From Balanoglossus misakiensis (taxonomy: Eukaryota > Animalia > Hemichordata), in contig CM082581.2 in NCBI GenBank assembly GCA_040954595.2, positions 3,774,699-3,838,698 on the forward strand: DNA of 64,000 bases, in the 5' to 3' direction. Numbering within the stretch: the first letter of the stretch is position 1; each line of letters opens with the position of its first letter. Shown piece after piece: positions 42,446 through 60,798 of the stretch. The position numbers and the translations under genes are program-made. The notes beneath the pieces are model-generated. The model was not told the DNA's origin, ran no database searches, and worked only from the letters and a program-made list of their open reading frames with translations.

Positions 42446-43009
42446 ATGGTGAACCAGCTCGTCGAAATGACACACAGCACATACATTTTAAAGCAGAACA
42501 ATTGAGTCAGAAATCTTAGACAAGCACTGACAAATTTTCTGTATAAAAAGTTATAAATCATATCTGACTCACTGCGCTCTTTCCTGTTCATAGAGACCTG
42601 TGCATTTTTCCATACAACATGATACTGGTAACTAAATTTAAAGCGAAACATATGTTATAAAAACAAAACATTTTAACGTGTCCTAAACACTCGTAATGCC
42701 TAATTTAAAAAATAATGTTCAACTTCACAAGGAAAATGATTGTCATCTTTTCATATTTCTTTCATTTGATTGTGTCTTCTACTTCAGTCATCTCACCCAT
42801 AGTGCAAAAAATATATGAATTCTACCGTATGAGGTGTAATTTGTACACAAAACCATCAAATCGATTGTCACATTTTATTAAACTTCCCTGTACATTAATG
42901 GAAACAAACACAAAACTTGACAGTTCTCTGTAGGAAACAGTTTATATCCCACGCATGATGTCGACGATAAATTATTACTGCCATGAAAAGTAATTATTTT
43001 AGGCCATAC

Positions 43010-43851
43010 TGTTACGTATTCTGCAAACTGCAAGTCAGTGCTGATTGGACATGTGTTACGTAGGTTCAGTCGGCTATTGTTTTGTGACCAGGTGTGTTTT
43101 TCGTGTGCGTTTCGTGTGCGTTTCGTTTGCTTTCTTTATTTGAATATTTAAGTGACCAGGTGTGAGGAATTAAATTTTGGCTAGTATAAAAGCCCGCTCG
43201 TTGCCACGTTGTGCGAGTGGATGTTAATTTGACCTGGAGGAGGTGCTGCTCGTTTGAACCGTCTTGGAAGCTGTGGCTGCTCTTCTGAACAAGTTGTAAG
43301 TCGTGCTGTTTCGTGTGGAGCAGACTTTTGCGGACTTTTGTGGAGCAGACTTTTGCGGACTTTTGTGGAACCAGTTGGAGCTGGACTTTTGCCTGGACCG
43401 CCGTGTCGCTGTGTCTACGCTGAACTGCCGCCGAGTTGGAGCTGTCGCTGTGTCTACGCTGAACTGCCGCCGAGTTGGAGCTGTCGCCGTGTCGCTGTGT
43501 CTACACTGAATTATCGCCGAGTTGCTGTGTCTACGTGTCCTCCGTCAAATCAGCGGAACGTTCTAGCGGACATTGGACTTGTTCTGTTTCAGTTTATGCA
43601 CACCTGGTCACGTTTAAAAAGGTAGTTCACTTGTTTCTTGTGTGTTTCTTTAGTGTATAATATTTAATGTTCACGATTACTTTAGTTATTATTAAATTCG
43701 TTATAAATAAGGTGATTTGCTGGTTGTTGTGACTTTTGTTGACCAACTTTGTTGCGTGCGGCGCTGGTTTGGTTCCTTACAAAGTACGCCATCCGGCTAG
43801 TGTGTTTATTGCTCGCCCTGTTTCGGCTGGAACGGCCAGCGTGTCGTAACA
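43010..43851 (+). mobile_element. Solo LTR (842 bp, Gypsy-type 4-bp TSD)
   Basis: ATAC|TGTTACG...CGTAACA|ATAC. Empty sites GGCCATACTTTCA lie upstream of copies 1 and 5. Internal TATAAAA near 43185, plus 22-bp and 36-bp tandem repeats. Confidence 0.88.
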
Positions 43852-44246
43852 ATACTTTCAAGTGTTTTTGTAATGTTGTAGCTCACATTACCACCTCAAG
43901 GATAAATGAAAAAAAAATGGCTAATATGATGGGAAAAGATTGAAGAACTTAAATAATATTTCGAAAACTTGTACCCCGTCTTCCACCATCTACGTAACAA
44001 AAATCACGAATGCCAAGGACATTTTGGATGTGCATCACCAAGCTCGCAGCGATTTGCAAGATAAAAAAAATGTAATAATACATTACACATAACACAAATT
44101 TTTAATGAAATGTCCAATTCCGAAAATCTATAAAAAGTAGCGAACTGAACGTACACAGTTAGGTTGCTGCCACGAAGAGGAAGACTACGACAGTTTCAAA
44201 CTGAACATTCACTGTTACAGTTACAGTTAGATTCACCGCAACGACG

Positions 44247-46276
44247 ATGGTATCTGTTCAACGCCTTTTCTGTACCTCTGTATTGGTTGCTTTGTTGGTA
44301 ACAGCAGATGGAAAAGATCCCACTTCAGAACCTTCCCAGGTTAGTAATGGTAATATGTCCTTAAACTATAACCACCTATTTTTTAAACTCAACATACTAG
44401 ATATGTTGACTCAGTATTTGTGTACTTGGGCTGTATTTTAATGCATTGCCATATTGTCACTTTCTCATGGTGGCCACTATGTGCATGAAATTTTCAATGT
44501 GAGGTGTGCTTATAGAAAGTTGTGAAATGTTAGAACAGCTGTGATATACATGTATATCGACGATATCTTACAGGCCTTCTGTTGATCACAGGGACAATTT
44601 CAGTTTACAGATCTTTTCAAACATTGCCAAAGACTGATCTTGCAACGTCGATATAAACCACAGTTCGCAAATTCTCAAATCAACAGAACACGTATGGTGA
44701 TGCATTTTTCAGCATGTTGTTACGATGAGAAGACATCCTCCAGCAAGTTTTATAGTCAGAAAATTTTTAATTAGGTTTTTCACGTAATTTCATGTCATGA
44801 TCTAATGCAATGCTTGCATGTATTGCTTGGTACAGGTAAGTCCTGATGATCGTCTCAACAGTTGTTTATCCCAATATGAAGATTTCCAGACATGTGCCTC
44901 ATTATTGATGTGCTAATTTTCCACTGTGTGTGAACTGTTAACATGGCAATAGGGATACTGTATGTGTAAGAACTATTATGTCCTCTGAAATGATTCACCA
45001 GAGCTAAATCTTGTCTGCTTTATTTCAGAATCATGACCACGGTTGTTTAGCTGGCTCTCCAGGTATCCCAGGCATACCTGGTACCCTTGGCAACCCAGGT
45101 CGTGATGGACGCGATGGGGTTAAAGGTGAAAAGGGTGAACCAGGCCAGAATGGTCAAAAGGGAGAAGAAGGAAAAGGATATCCCAATCTCATCTCAAACA
45201 ACATCAAGCAGTGTGCTTGGGATAAAATTAGCGATGGAAAAGAAAACGGAATTATAAAGGTGTGTTTGTTAATCCAAAATGTCTGATTGTAGTCAATTGA
45301 GATTATTGTATTCAACTCCTGTTCCCTTATCATATTTTGAGCGCAACACTGGACCAGATATATGAGTTTAAGTTTTCATTCCCAATACAAAGCGGTTGAT
45401 TACCGAGTTCATTCAGGAGGTTGAACTATTGTGCAATATAACAAATAAGGAATCGTTTCTAAAACAATCCTCATGAAAGTATCTGAAAGTATCATTGGGA
45501 GAACACAGCAGTGTTCCAAGAATGTTATTTGCCTCCTATTAATTCAGTGATCATGAACAAAACGGACATCTAAATAAATATCCTTATCAATTTTACTAGG
45601 ACTGCCAATTCGTCAAGTTGTCCAACACTACAGCATTACGTGTTGTGTGGTATGGTACCCTCCGTGCCTATTCAACTAGTGGTAGTTGTACTCGCTGGTA
45701 TTTTACATTTGACGGTATCGAGTGTAACAACCCTCTACCAATCGACGCAGTTATCTACACTCACACAGGACTTAACATGCATTTTGGAACATCAGGTAAA
45801 GTGATTCTCAATTATGAAATCATGTTGAACTGTGTTGGGCATACTGTGATCCCATGATAGGATATTTACAGCCCATTATTTAAAAAAAATGTTCTTACTA
45901 ACATTAAACGTTTTTTATATTCTAAAATGATTTTTTAGGAATCTCACATGTTGCCGATTGTGTAACATTTGTGTCATTTTGAATGCACACAGATCATGTA
46001 ACTAAATTTAGACCATGAAACCTTACACAAAGTTTTTCAATGTATCATACTCATTGTTCATGGGTCAGATGTTACTTTTATTTTCAAGTACTTATGTAGA
46101 TTGGCATTCTATTTTGTTATCTTATAGTTGAAGGAATATGCTTTGGTATTGGAGCTGGACGAGTAGATGTTGAGTTCAGAATAAAGTCTGGTTGCAACGG
46201 CCATGGGGGTGGAGACGCTACCACTGGTTGGGGATCGACCAGCAGAATGATTATAGAAGAAGTGCAGGAAATGTGA
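44247..46276 (+). CDS. CTHRC1: CTHRC1-like copy 2 (222 aa); exons 44247-44339, 45029-45259, 45600-45795, 46128-46276
   Basis: Same exon sizes and phases as copy 1; open frame; intact splice sites. Confidence 0.95.
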
Positions 46277-46824
46277 ACACAATTTTTCAACTATATCAGA
46301 TTATCATTCTATCATTTTCTCCAAATTTTAGAAGTATGTAAGACATTTTCTGAATATTAGCATAAATATAGTACCTAATATGTTTTGTGGCCCAAAATAT
46401 GAAGGGCCATGATCTGTATTGCATAGGGACAAGATGTAAGTTACGTTATTCATAACAACTTCTTGTATTCCTGAGAATTATGACCATGCATGCAGTGTGT
46501 AATTGGTCAGACTCTGTTACTGTCAATTTAGCTTAGCTCTTCAGATGAATAAAGTTTGAAATCACACTAGATTTGGCATTGTTTTCATTTTCTAACTGTC
46601 AAAGTAATATTAGTTCATTTAGTCTTTTAGCTGGATCACTGAATGGGAAGGCATTTTCAAGAAAGTGTGAAGATTAGTAAAAGACACTGGTGCTTCACTG
46701 AAATATGGCCACCTCCATGAAAATATGCAGGGGTTGGTGGGAATTGTGACATTGGAATTTCACAGACACATCTTTAGTGCCATAAACTGTCATGGAGTTG
46801 ATGAAGTGTTCTCCACTGTGATTA

Positions 46825-47430
46825 ATAGAATCTCACACTCCCAAGGACCTGGGATCGCATTTCGCACACGCGGCACGTGTGGGACAAAATATCCCCGACG
46901 AGTGTGAGAAATACGATCCCAGGTCCTTGGTGTGTGAGATTCTACTTCTCACACGACCACAAATTAGCGATATTCACGTTTATTTACAATCAAAGAACTA
47001 AATCTATAAAATACCAACTGACCAGTCATATATTGATCCGCCCCCCAAAACATAGTCCCCATTTCATCACGAGTTTACAGTGCACACATGCTACAAAAAT
47101 GTGCTCAACACATGAAAATATGGAGATTGTTTCCAGTGGCATAAATTCGCGGGATATCTAGAAAATACAACCGTTTTTGCGAGTCTGTCGCCATCCACGT
47201 ACACCACTGTCGTCTGCACATGACCTGATCACATTGTAGTTCCGGATCGTGTACAACACATCACACAATTGGATAATATTTGCTCGTTTTGAGGGGTATG
47301 AATATCCTTATCCAATCAGAGCTCGTGTCAAATAACAGTTGTCTGTGTGCGCATTGACACAGACTATGGGATCGTTTGATCCCACACTCTCTATCCCACA
47401 CTCCCAGCGGCCAGGAGTGTGAGAAGATAT
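46825..47430. mobile_element. About 600-bp element with a terminal fold-back and a distal partial inverted repeat (Crypton-like, tentative); duplicated at 51673-52278 and 56416-57020
   Basis: Hairpin TAGAATCTCACACTCCCAAGGACCTGGGATCG...CGATCCCAGGTCCTTGGTGTGTGAGATTCTA (46826-46944) and far end CCCACACTCCCAGCGGCCAGGAGTGTGAGAAGATAT. Confidence 0.55.
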
Positions 47431-48942
47431 TCTCTTTTGTCTTGATGAAATTAACCATTATATCTTTGCTTTTCTTAAATTTTGGGAAATGTAAAATGAA
47501 ATTAAAACTGTATTAATAATTTCTTGCTTGGTAGTTGATCAGTGTGCCCTCTAAGCCCAAAAGCGCGACTAACTATAAAACAACCTCACTGGTGACTAAG
47601 GAACATTTTTCACAATACATATAGAGGTATAGGACTGAGAAATTTTAGAAATGTTCAAATTGACTTGATTAAGCATTTAAACACTGTCGCTGATACACTG
47701 TCGTTGATACAAGTGGACATATTATATGTCATGCTTAGTGACATTTCAAAATTATTTTCATTTTAGGAAGACACATTACTGAGTCATTTTTAAATCTTCG
47801 AAACAGAACAAAAGAAAATGATGAGCCCATTTCGCATCCCCTGCTAATAGCAACCACAAATCGTTAACGAACTTATAGTTCTGTCAATATCAATGCACAA
47901 ATTCACTCTAGCAAGAGGGCCCGGACTAATACATCTGTGAGGGACTTTATTTAAGGGGTGTTGCAATGGTCGCCCATTGACAAATTGCTAGGGGTGCCAA
48001 AATGACAACAAATGGTGAAGCGTCCTGTCTAGATGAAACACAGCACATATAGGTCAAAAATGATATGACTAGCAATAAAAATTATATCTGAGTCACTGAG
48101 TCCTCCTTGTTTGCCGAGACCTATGTATTTATCCATACCACATGATACTGGTATCGATAAATTTCATGTGAAACATCTGTTTTGCTGGAAGATATACCAC
48201 ATAACATATGGTATAAAAAAGCATTTTAACATGTCCTAAACACTTGTAATGCCTAATAATAATTTTCAACTTCACAAGGAAAATAATTGTCATCTTTTCA
48301 TATTTCTTTCATTTGTCTTTTACAGTCAATATCTCACTCATATTGCAGACAATTATTATGAACTCTACAGTATGAGATGTCATTTGTATCATTTAAAAAT
48401 TAACACAAATCCATCAAATCAAACTGTCACCTTTGATAAGTTTATCTTCCCAATGCAATAATGGAAACAAACACTAAACTTGACAGTTCTCGGTAGGAAA
48501 CAGTTTATATCCCGCACAGATACGAAGAATTATTACCGACACGTAGAGTAATTATTCAAGGCCATACCTTCAATTCTTTTGTACATCGCAAACTCGTATC
48601 GCCACTTCAAGGATAAATAAAAAGAAAATTTAGCTTATATGATAGAAACAGTTTGAAGAACTTAAATAATATTTCGAAAACTTGTACCCAGTCTTCCACC
48701 ATCTACGTAACAAAAATCACGAATGACAAGGACTTTTTGGATTTGCATCACCGAGCTCTCGGCGATGTTAAAGATAAAAAAAATTAATAATACATTTCAC
48801 ATAACACAAAGTTTTAATGAAATGTCCAATTCAGAAATTCTATAAAAGTAGCGAACTGAACGTCCACAGTTAGGTTGCTGCCACGAAGAGGAAGATTACA
48901 ACAGTTTCAAACTGAACATTCACACTTAAGATTGCCGCACAG

Positions 48943-51122
<2,180 letters not shown>

Positions 51123-53789
51123 ACAGAATTTTTTCAGCTATATCAGATTATCAGTCTATCATTTTCTCCAAATTTTAGAAGTATGTGAGACATTTTCTGA
51201 ACATTAGCATAAATATAGTATCTAAGATGTTGTGTGCCCCAAAATATGAAGGTCCATGATCTGTATCGCATGGGGACAAGATGTATTAGTCTGTTTATTC
51301 ATGTACAACTTCTTGTATTCCTGAGAATTATGACCATGCATGCAGTGTGTAATTGGTCAGACTCTGTTATTGTAATTAGCTTAGCTCTTCAGATGAATAA
51401 AGTTTGAAGTCACACTAGAGTTGGCATTGTTTTCATTTTCTAACTGTCAAAGTAATATTAGTTCATTTAGTCTTTTAGCTGGATCACTGAATGGGAAGGC
51501 ATTTTCAAGAAAGTGTGAAGATTAGTAAAAGACACTGGTGCTTCACTGAAATATGGCCACCTCCATGAAAATATGCAGGGGTTGGAGGGAATTGTGACAT
51601 TGGAATTTCACAGACACATCTTTAGTGCCATAAACTGTCATGGAGTTGATGAAGTGTTCTCCACTGTGATTAATAGAATCTCACACTCCCAAGGACCTGG
51701 GATCGTATTTCTCACACGCGGCACGTGTGGGACAAAATATCCCCGACGAGTGTGAGAAATACGATCCCAGGTACTTGGTGTGTGAGTTTCTATTTCTCAC
51801 ACGACGACAAATTAGCGATATTCACGTTTATTTACAATCAAAGAACTAAATCTATAAAATACCAACTGACCAGTCATATATTGATCCGCCCCCCAAAACA
51901 TAGTCCCCATTTCATCACGAGTTTACAGTGCACACATGCTACAAAAATGTGCTCAACACATGAAAATATGGAGATTGTTTCCAGTGGCATAAATTCGCGG
52001 GATATCTAGAAAATACAACCGTTTTTGCGAGTCTGTCGCCATCCACGTACACCACTGTCGTCTGCACATGACCTGATAACATTGTAGTTCCGGATCGTGT
52101 ACAACACATCACACAATTGGATAATATTTGCTCGTTTTGAGGGGTACGAATATCCTTATCCAATCAGAGCTCGTGTCAAATAACAGTTGTCTGTGTGCGC
52201 ATTGACACAGACTATGGGATCGTTTGATCCCACACTCTCTATCCCACACTCCCAGCGGCCAGGAGTGTGAGAAGATATTCTCTTTTGTCTTGATGAAATT
52301 AACCCTTATATCTTTGCTTTTCTTAAATTTTGGGAAATGTAAAATGAAATTAAAACTGTATTAATAATTTCTTGCTTGGTAGTTGATCAGTGTGCCCTCT
52401 AAGCCCAAAAGCGCGACTAACTATAAAACAACCTCACTGGTGACTAAGGAACATTTTTCACAATACATATAGAGGTATAGGACTGAGAAATTTTAGAAAT
52501 GTTCAAATTGACTTGATTAAGCATTTAAACACTGTCGCTGATACACTGTCGTTGATACAAGTGGACATATTATATGTCATGCTTAGTGACATTTCAAAAT
52601 TATTTTCATTTTAGGAAGACACATTACTGAGTCATTTTTAAATCTTCGAAACAGAACAAAAGAAAATGATGAGCCCATTTTGCATCCCCTGCTAATAGCA
52701 ACCACAAATCGTTAACGAACTTATAGTTCTGTCAATATCAATGCACAAATTCACTCTAGCAAGAGGGCCCGGACTAATACATCTGTGAGGGACTTTATTT
52801 AAGGGGTGTTGCAATGGTCGCCTATTGACAAATTGCTAGGGGTGCCAAAATGACAACAAATTGTGAACCGTCCTGTCTAGATGAAACACAGCACATATAG
52901 GTCAAAAATGATATGACTAGCAATACAAATTATATCTGAGTCACTGAGTCCTCCTTGTTTGCCGAGACCTATGTATTTATCCATACCACATGATACTGGT
53001 ATCGATAAATTTCATGTGAAACATGTTTTGCTGGAAGATATACCACATAACATATGGTATAAAAAAGCATTTTAACATGTCCTAAACACTTGTAATGCCT
53101 AATAATAATTTTCAACTTCACAAGGAAAATAATTGTCATCTTTTCATATTTCTTTCATTTGTCTTTTACAGTCAATATCTCACTCATATTGCAGACAATT
53201 ATTATGAACTCTACAGTATGAGATGTCATTTGTATCATTTAAAAATTAACACAAATCCATCAAATCAAACTGTCACCTTTGATAAGTTTATCTTCCCAAT
53301 GCAATAATGGAAACAAACACTAAACTTGACAGTTCTCTGTAGGAAACAGTTTATATCCCGCACAGATACGAAGAATTATTACCGACACGTAGAGTAATTA
53401 TTCAAGGCCATACCTTCAATTCTTTTGTACATCGCAAACTCGTATCGCCACTTCAATGATAAATGAAAAGAAAATTTAGCTCATATGATAGAAACAGTTT
53501 GAAGAACTTAAATAATATTTCGAAAACTTGTACCCAGTCTTCCACCATCTACGTAACAAAAATCACAAATGACAAGGACTTTTTGGATTTGTATCACCGA
53601 GCTCTCGGCGATGTTAAAGATAGAACAAATTTAATAATACATTTCACATAACACAAAGTTTTATTGAAATGTCCAATTTAGAAATTCTATAAAAGTAGCG
53701 AACTGAACATACACAGTTAGGTTGCTGCCACGAAGAGGAAGATTACGACAGTTTCAAACTGAACATTCACACTTAAGATTGCCGCAAAG

Positions 53790-55963
53790 ATGGAATCTGT
53801 TTCATGCCTTTTCTGTACTGCTGTACTAGTTGCTTTGTTAGTAACAGTGAATGGAAACGACCCTACTTCAGAACCTTCACAGGTTAGTAATTTGTCCTTA
53901 ACTATAATCACCTATTATTTTAAACTCAATATACTAGGTATGTTGACTGAATATTGGTGTATGTGGGCTGTAATTGACTTCATTGCAATAATTGTCACAT
54001 CCTTATGGTGGTTAGTAGGTGCAGGATATTTTTGAACAATTCTTTCCACCATGGGAAAAATTACTACATGACTTAATTGTGTAATTCACTGATGGCCATC
54101 TCAACAGTCAGGTATCTCTTGCGAAGATTCCCAGACATCCTGGCTGATTTTTTAACATGCATTTGTGAACACGCATGCGTAGGCACAGATTATTGATGTG
54201 CTAATTTTGTGTTATGCGATAAATGTGTGTACAAAGTGGATGAACTCAATGTATAGAAACTGTTTTGTCCTCTGAAAAGTATTCACCAGAGCTAAATCTT
54301 GTCTGCTTTATTTCAGAAACATGACTACGGATGTTTAGCTGGCTCTCCAGGTATCCCAGGCATACCTGGTACCCTTGGCAACCCAGGTCGTGATGGACGC
54401 GATGGGGTTAAAGGTGAAAAGGGTGAACCTGGCCAGAATGGTCAAAAAGGAGAAGAAGGAAAAGGATATCCCAATCTCATCTCAAACAACATCAAGCAGT
54501 GTGCTTGGGATAAAATTAGCGATGGAAAAGATAACGGAATTATAAAGGTGTGTTTTAATCCAAAATGACTAATCGCAGTCAATTGAGATTATTGTATTCA
54601 ACTCCTGTTCCCTTATCATATTTTGAGTGCAACTCTGGACCAGATATATGAGTTTAATATTAGTTTTCATTCGCAATACAAAGCGCTTGATTACCGAGTT
54701 CATTCAGGAGGTTGAACTAATGTGCAATATAACAAATGAGGAATTGTTTTTAAACACCTATGTAAGACAGACAACATCCTCATGAAAGTATGTGGTGTTT
54801 ATATCATTGGGAGAACACAGCAGTGTTCCGAGAATGCTACACATGTATTTGCATCTTATTAATTCGATGATCATGAACAAAACGGACATCTAAATGAATA
54901 TCCTTATCAATTTTACTAGGACTGCCAGTTTGTCAAGTTGTCCAACACTACAGCATTACGTGTTGTGTGGTATGGTACCCTCCGTGCCTATTCAACTGAT
55001 GGTAGTTGTACTCGCTGGTATTTTACATTTGACGGTATCGAGTGTAACAACCCTCTACCAATCGACGCAGTTATCTACACCCACACAGGACTTAACATGC
55101 ATTTTGGAACATCAGGTAAAGTGACTCTCAATTATGAAATCATGTTGAACAGTGTTGGGCATACTGTGATCCCACTATAGGATATTTACAGCCCATTATT
55201 TCAAATAAAAAATGTTCTTACTAACATTAAAGCCCCAGTATTTCTCGTGTTTATCCATTTTTCATTATCAAAAATTGCCCGTTTTTCCCGTACATTCATC
55301 ATGGAATACTACATAAATGAAGATAGAAGAAAGGTTTGGGCAACTGTAGCTACATGCAAGCCATAAATATTGCCTGTAACACTTGAAATGATGCGCGGGT
55401 TTGTTTACTTTGCATTCCGTATGTCAACAGAGCCTGACTTTCTGTCCGGACAGAAAGTCATTCTTCACTCGTTATATTGTAAATTGTATGTGTTTATGAG
55501 CAGAGCTGGGCGTGATAACTGATCGATTCAGTATCAATTATCATCTACTTTTAGAAATTGAAGATGACGTTTCAAACAAAATTATGCGATAAACGAGAAA
55601 TTCTGTGGCTTTAAACATTTCTTTTATTCTAAAATGTTTTTTTTTAGGAATCTCACATGTTGGCGATCGTATAACATTTGTGTCATTGTGCATGCACACA
55701 GATCATGTAACTAAATTCAGACCAGGAAACCTCATACTAATTGTTCATAAGTCAGATGTTACTTCTATTTTAAAGTACTTATGTAGATTCGCATTCTATT
55801 TTGTTATCTTATAGTTGAAGGAATATGCTTTGGTATTGGAGCTGGACGAGTAGATGTTGAGTTCAGAATACAGTCTGGTTGCAACGGCTACGGGGGTGGA
55901 TACACTATCACTGGTTGGGGAGCGGTCAGCAGAATGATTATCGAAGAAGTGCAGGAAATGTGA
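53790..55963 (+). CDS. CTHRC1: CTHRC1-like copy 4 (222 aa); exons 53790-53882, 54317-54547, 54920-55115, 55815-55963
   Basis: Same exon sizes and phases; near-identical to copy 3 except for clustered C-terminal changes. Confidence 0.95.
55231..55610. mobile_element. Kolobok-type element (380 bp) in intron 3 of CTHRC1-like copy 4
   Basis: TTAA|AGCCCCAG...CTGTGGCT|TTAA; the empty site ACATTAAAC in copies 2 and 5 has a single TTAA. Confidence 0.9.
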
Positions 55964-58565
55964 ACACAATTTTTCAACAGTTACTATATCATATTATCAT
56001 TCTATCATTTGTAAGACATTTTCTGAACATTGGCATAAATATAGTATCTAATATGTTGTGTGCCCCAAAATATGAAGGTCCATGATCTCTGTCTCATGGT
56101 CAGACTCTATATTGTCAATTAGCTTAGCTCTTTAGAGGAATAAAGTTTGAAATCACACTAGATTTGGCATTGTTTTCATTTTCTTACTGTCAAAGTGATA
56201 TTAGTTCATTTAGTCTTTTAGCTAGATCACTGAACGGGAAGGCATTTTCAAGAAAGTGTGAAGATTAGTAAAAGACACTGGTGCCTCACTGAAATATGGC
56301 CACCTCCATGAAAATATGCAGGGGTTGGTGGGAATTGTGACATTGGAATTTCACAGACACATCTTTAGTGCCATAAACTATCATGGAGTTGATGAAGTGT
56401 TCTCCACTGTGATTAATAGAATCTCATACTCCCAAGGACCTGGGATCGTATTTCTCACACGCGGCTTGTGTGGAACAAAATATCCCCGACGAGTGTGAGA
56501 AATATGATCCCAGGTCCTTGGTGTGTGAGATTCTACTTCTCACACGACCACAAATTTGCGATATTCACGTTTATTTACAATCAAAGAACTAAATCTATAA
56601 AATACCAACTGACCAGTCATATATTGATCCGCCCCCAAAACATAGTCCCCATTTCATCACGAGTTTACAGTGCACACATGCTAAAAAATGTGCTCAACAC
56701 ATGAAAATATGGAGATTGTTTCCATTGGCATAAATTCGCGGGATATCTAGAAAATACAACCGTTTTTGCGATTCTGTCGCCATCCACGTACACCACTGTC
56801 GTCTGCACATGACCTGATCACATTGTAGTTCCGGATCGTGTACAACACATCACACAATTGGATAATATTTGCTCGTTTTGAGGGGTACGAATATCCTTAT
56901 CCAATCAGAGCTCGTGTCAAATAACAGTTGTCTGTGTGCGCATTGACACAGACTATGGGATCGATTTGATCCCACACTCTCTATCCCACACTCCCAGCGG
57001 CCAGGAGTGTGAGAAGATATTCTCTTTTGTCTTGATGAAATTAACCATTATATCTTTGCTTTTCTTAAATTTTGGGAAATGTTAAATGAAATTAAAACTG
57101 TACTAATAATTTCTTGCTTGGTAGCTGATCAGTGTGCCCTCTAAGCCCAAAAGCGCGACTAACTATAAAACAAACTCACTGGTGACTAAGGAACATTTTT
57201 CACAATACATATAGAGGTATAGGACTGAGAAATTTTAGAAATGTTAAAATTGACTTGATTAAGCATTTAAACACTGTCGCTGATACACTGTCGTTGATAC
57301 AAGTGGACATATTATATGTCATGCTTAGTGACATTTCAAAATTATTTTCATTCTAGGATTAAGACAAATTACTGAGTCATTTTTAAATCTTCGAAACAGA
57401 ACAAAAGAAAATGATGAGCCCATTTTGCATTCTTTGCAACTACTAATCGTTAACGAACTTATAGTTCTGTCAATATCAATGCACAAATTCACTCTAGCAA
57501 GAGGGCCCACACTAATATCTCTGTGAGTGACATTATTTAAGGGGTGTTGCAATGGTCGCCCATTTACAAATTGCTAGGGGTGCCAAAATGACAACAAATG
57601 CATGGTGAACCAGCTCGTCGAAATGAAACACAGCACATACATTTTAAAGCAGAACAATTGAGTCAGAAATCTTAGACAAGCACTGACAAATGTTCTGTAT
57701 AAAAAGTTATAAATCACATCTGACTAACTGCAGTCTTCCATGTTCACAGAGACCTGTGCATTTATCCATACAACATGATACTGGTAACTAAATTTAAAGT
57801 GAAACATATGGTATAAAAACAAAACATTTTAACGTGTCCTAAACACTTGTAATGCCTAATTTCAAAAATAATGTTCAACTTCACAAGGAAAATGTTTGTC
57901 GTCTTTTCATATTTCTTTCATTTGATTGTGTCTTCTACTTCAGTCATCTCACTCATAGTGCAAAAAATATGAACTCTACCGTATGAGGTGTAATTTGTAA
58001 CATTTAAAAGTTTACACAAAACCATCAAATCGATTGTCACATTTGATTAAACTTCCCAATACATTAATGGAAACAAACACAAAACTTGACAGTTCTCTGT
58101 AGGAAACAGTTTATATCCCATGCATGATGTCGACGATAAATTATTACTGCCATGAAAATTAATTATTTTTGGCCATACTTTCAGTTGTTTTTGTATTGTT
58201 GTAGCTCACATTACCACCTCAACAATAAATGAAAAAAATGGCTAATATGATGGGAAAAGATTGAAGAATTTCAATAATATTTCGAAAACTTGTACCCAGT
58301 CTTCCACCATCTACGTAACAAAAATCACGAATGACAAGGACTTTTTGGATTTGCATCACCGAGCTCTCGGCGATGTTAAAGATAAAAACAATTAATAATA
58401 CATTTCACATAACACAAAGTTTTAATGAAATGTCCAATTCAGAAATTCTATAAAAGTAGCGAACTGAACGTACACAGTTAGGTTGCTGCCACGAAGAGGA
58501 AGATTACAACAGTTTCAAACTGAACATTCACTGTTACAGTTACAGTTAGATTCACCACAACGACG

Positions 58566-60798
<2,233 letters not shown>

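Noticed and set aside
42181-42651. 156-aa minus-strand ORF also seen in part at 6068-6283
   Set aside because: It is a chance reading of the GC-rich TIR element, with no transposase motifs.
43254-43660. Overlapping ORFs with repeated peptides and a CRISPR-like look
   Set aside because: These are internal 22-bp and 36-bp tandem repeats of the solo LTR, with no unique spacers and no cas genes, in a eukaryotic context.
46725-47161. ORFs repeated three times (also 51573 and 56316), suggesting a second gene in the array
   Set aside because: They overlap the hairpin repeat element, and the third copy is frameshifted. Similarity reflects recent duplication only.
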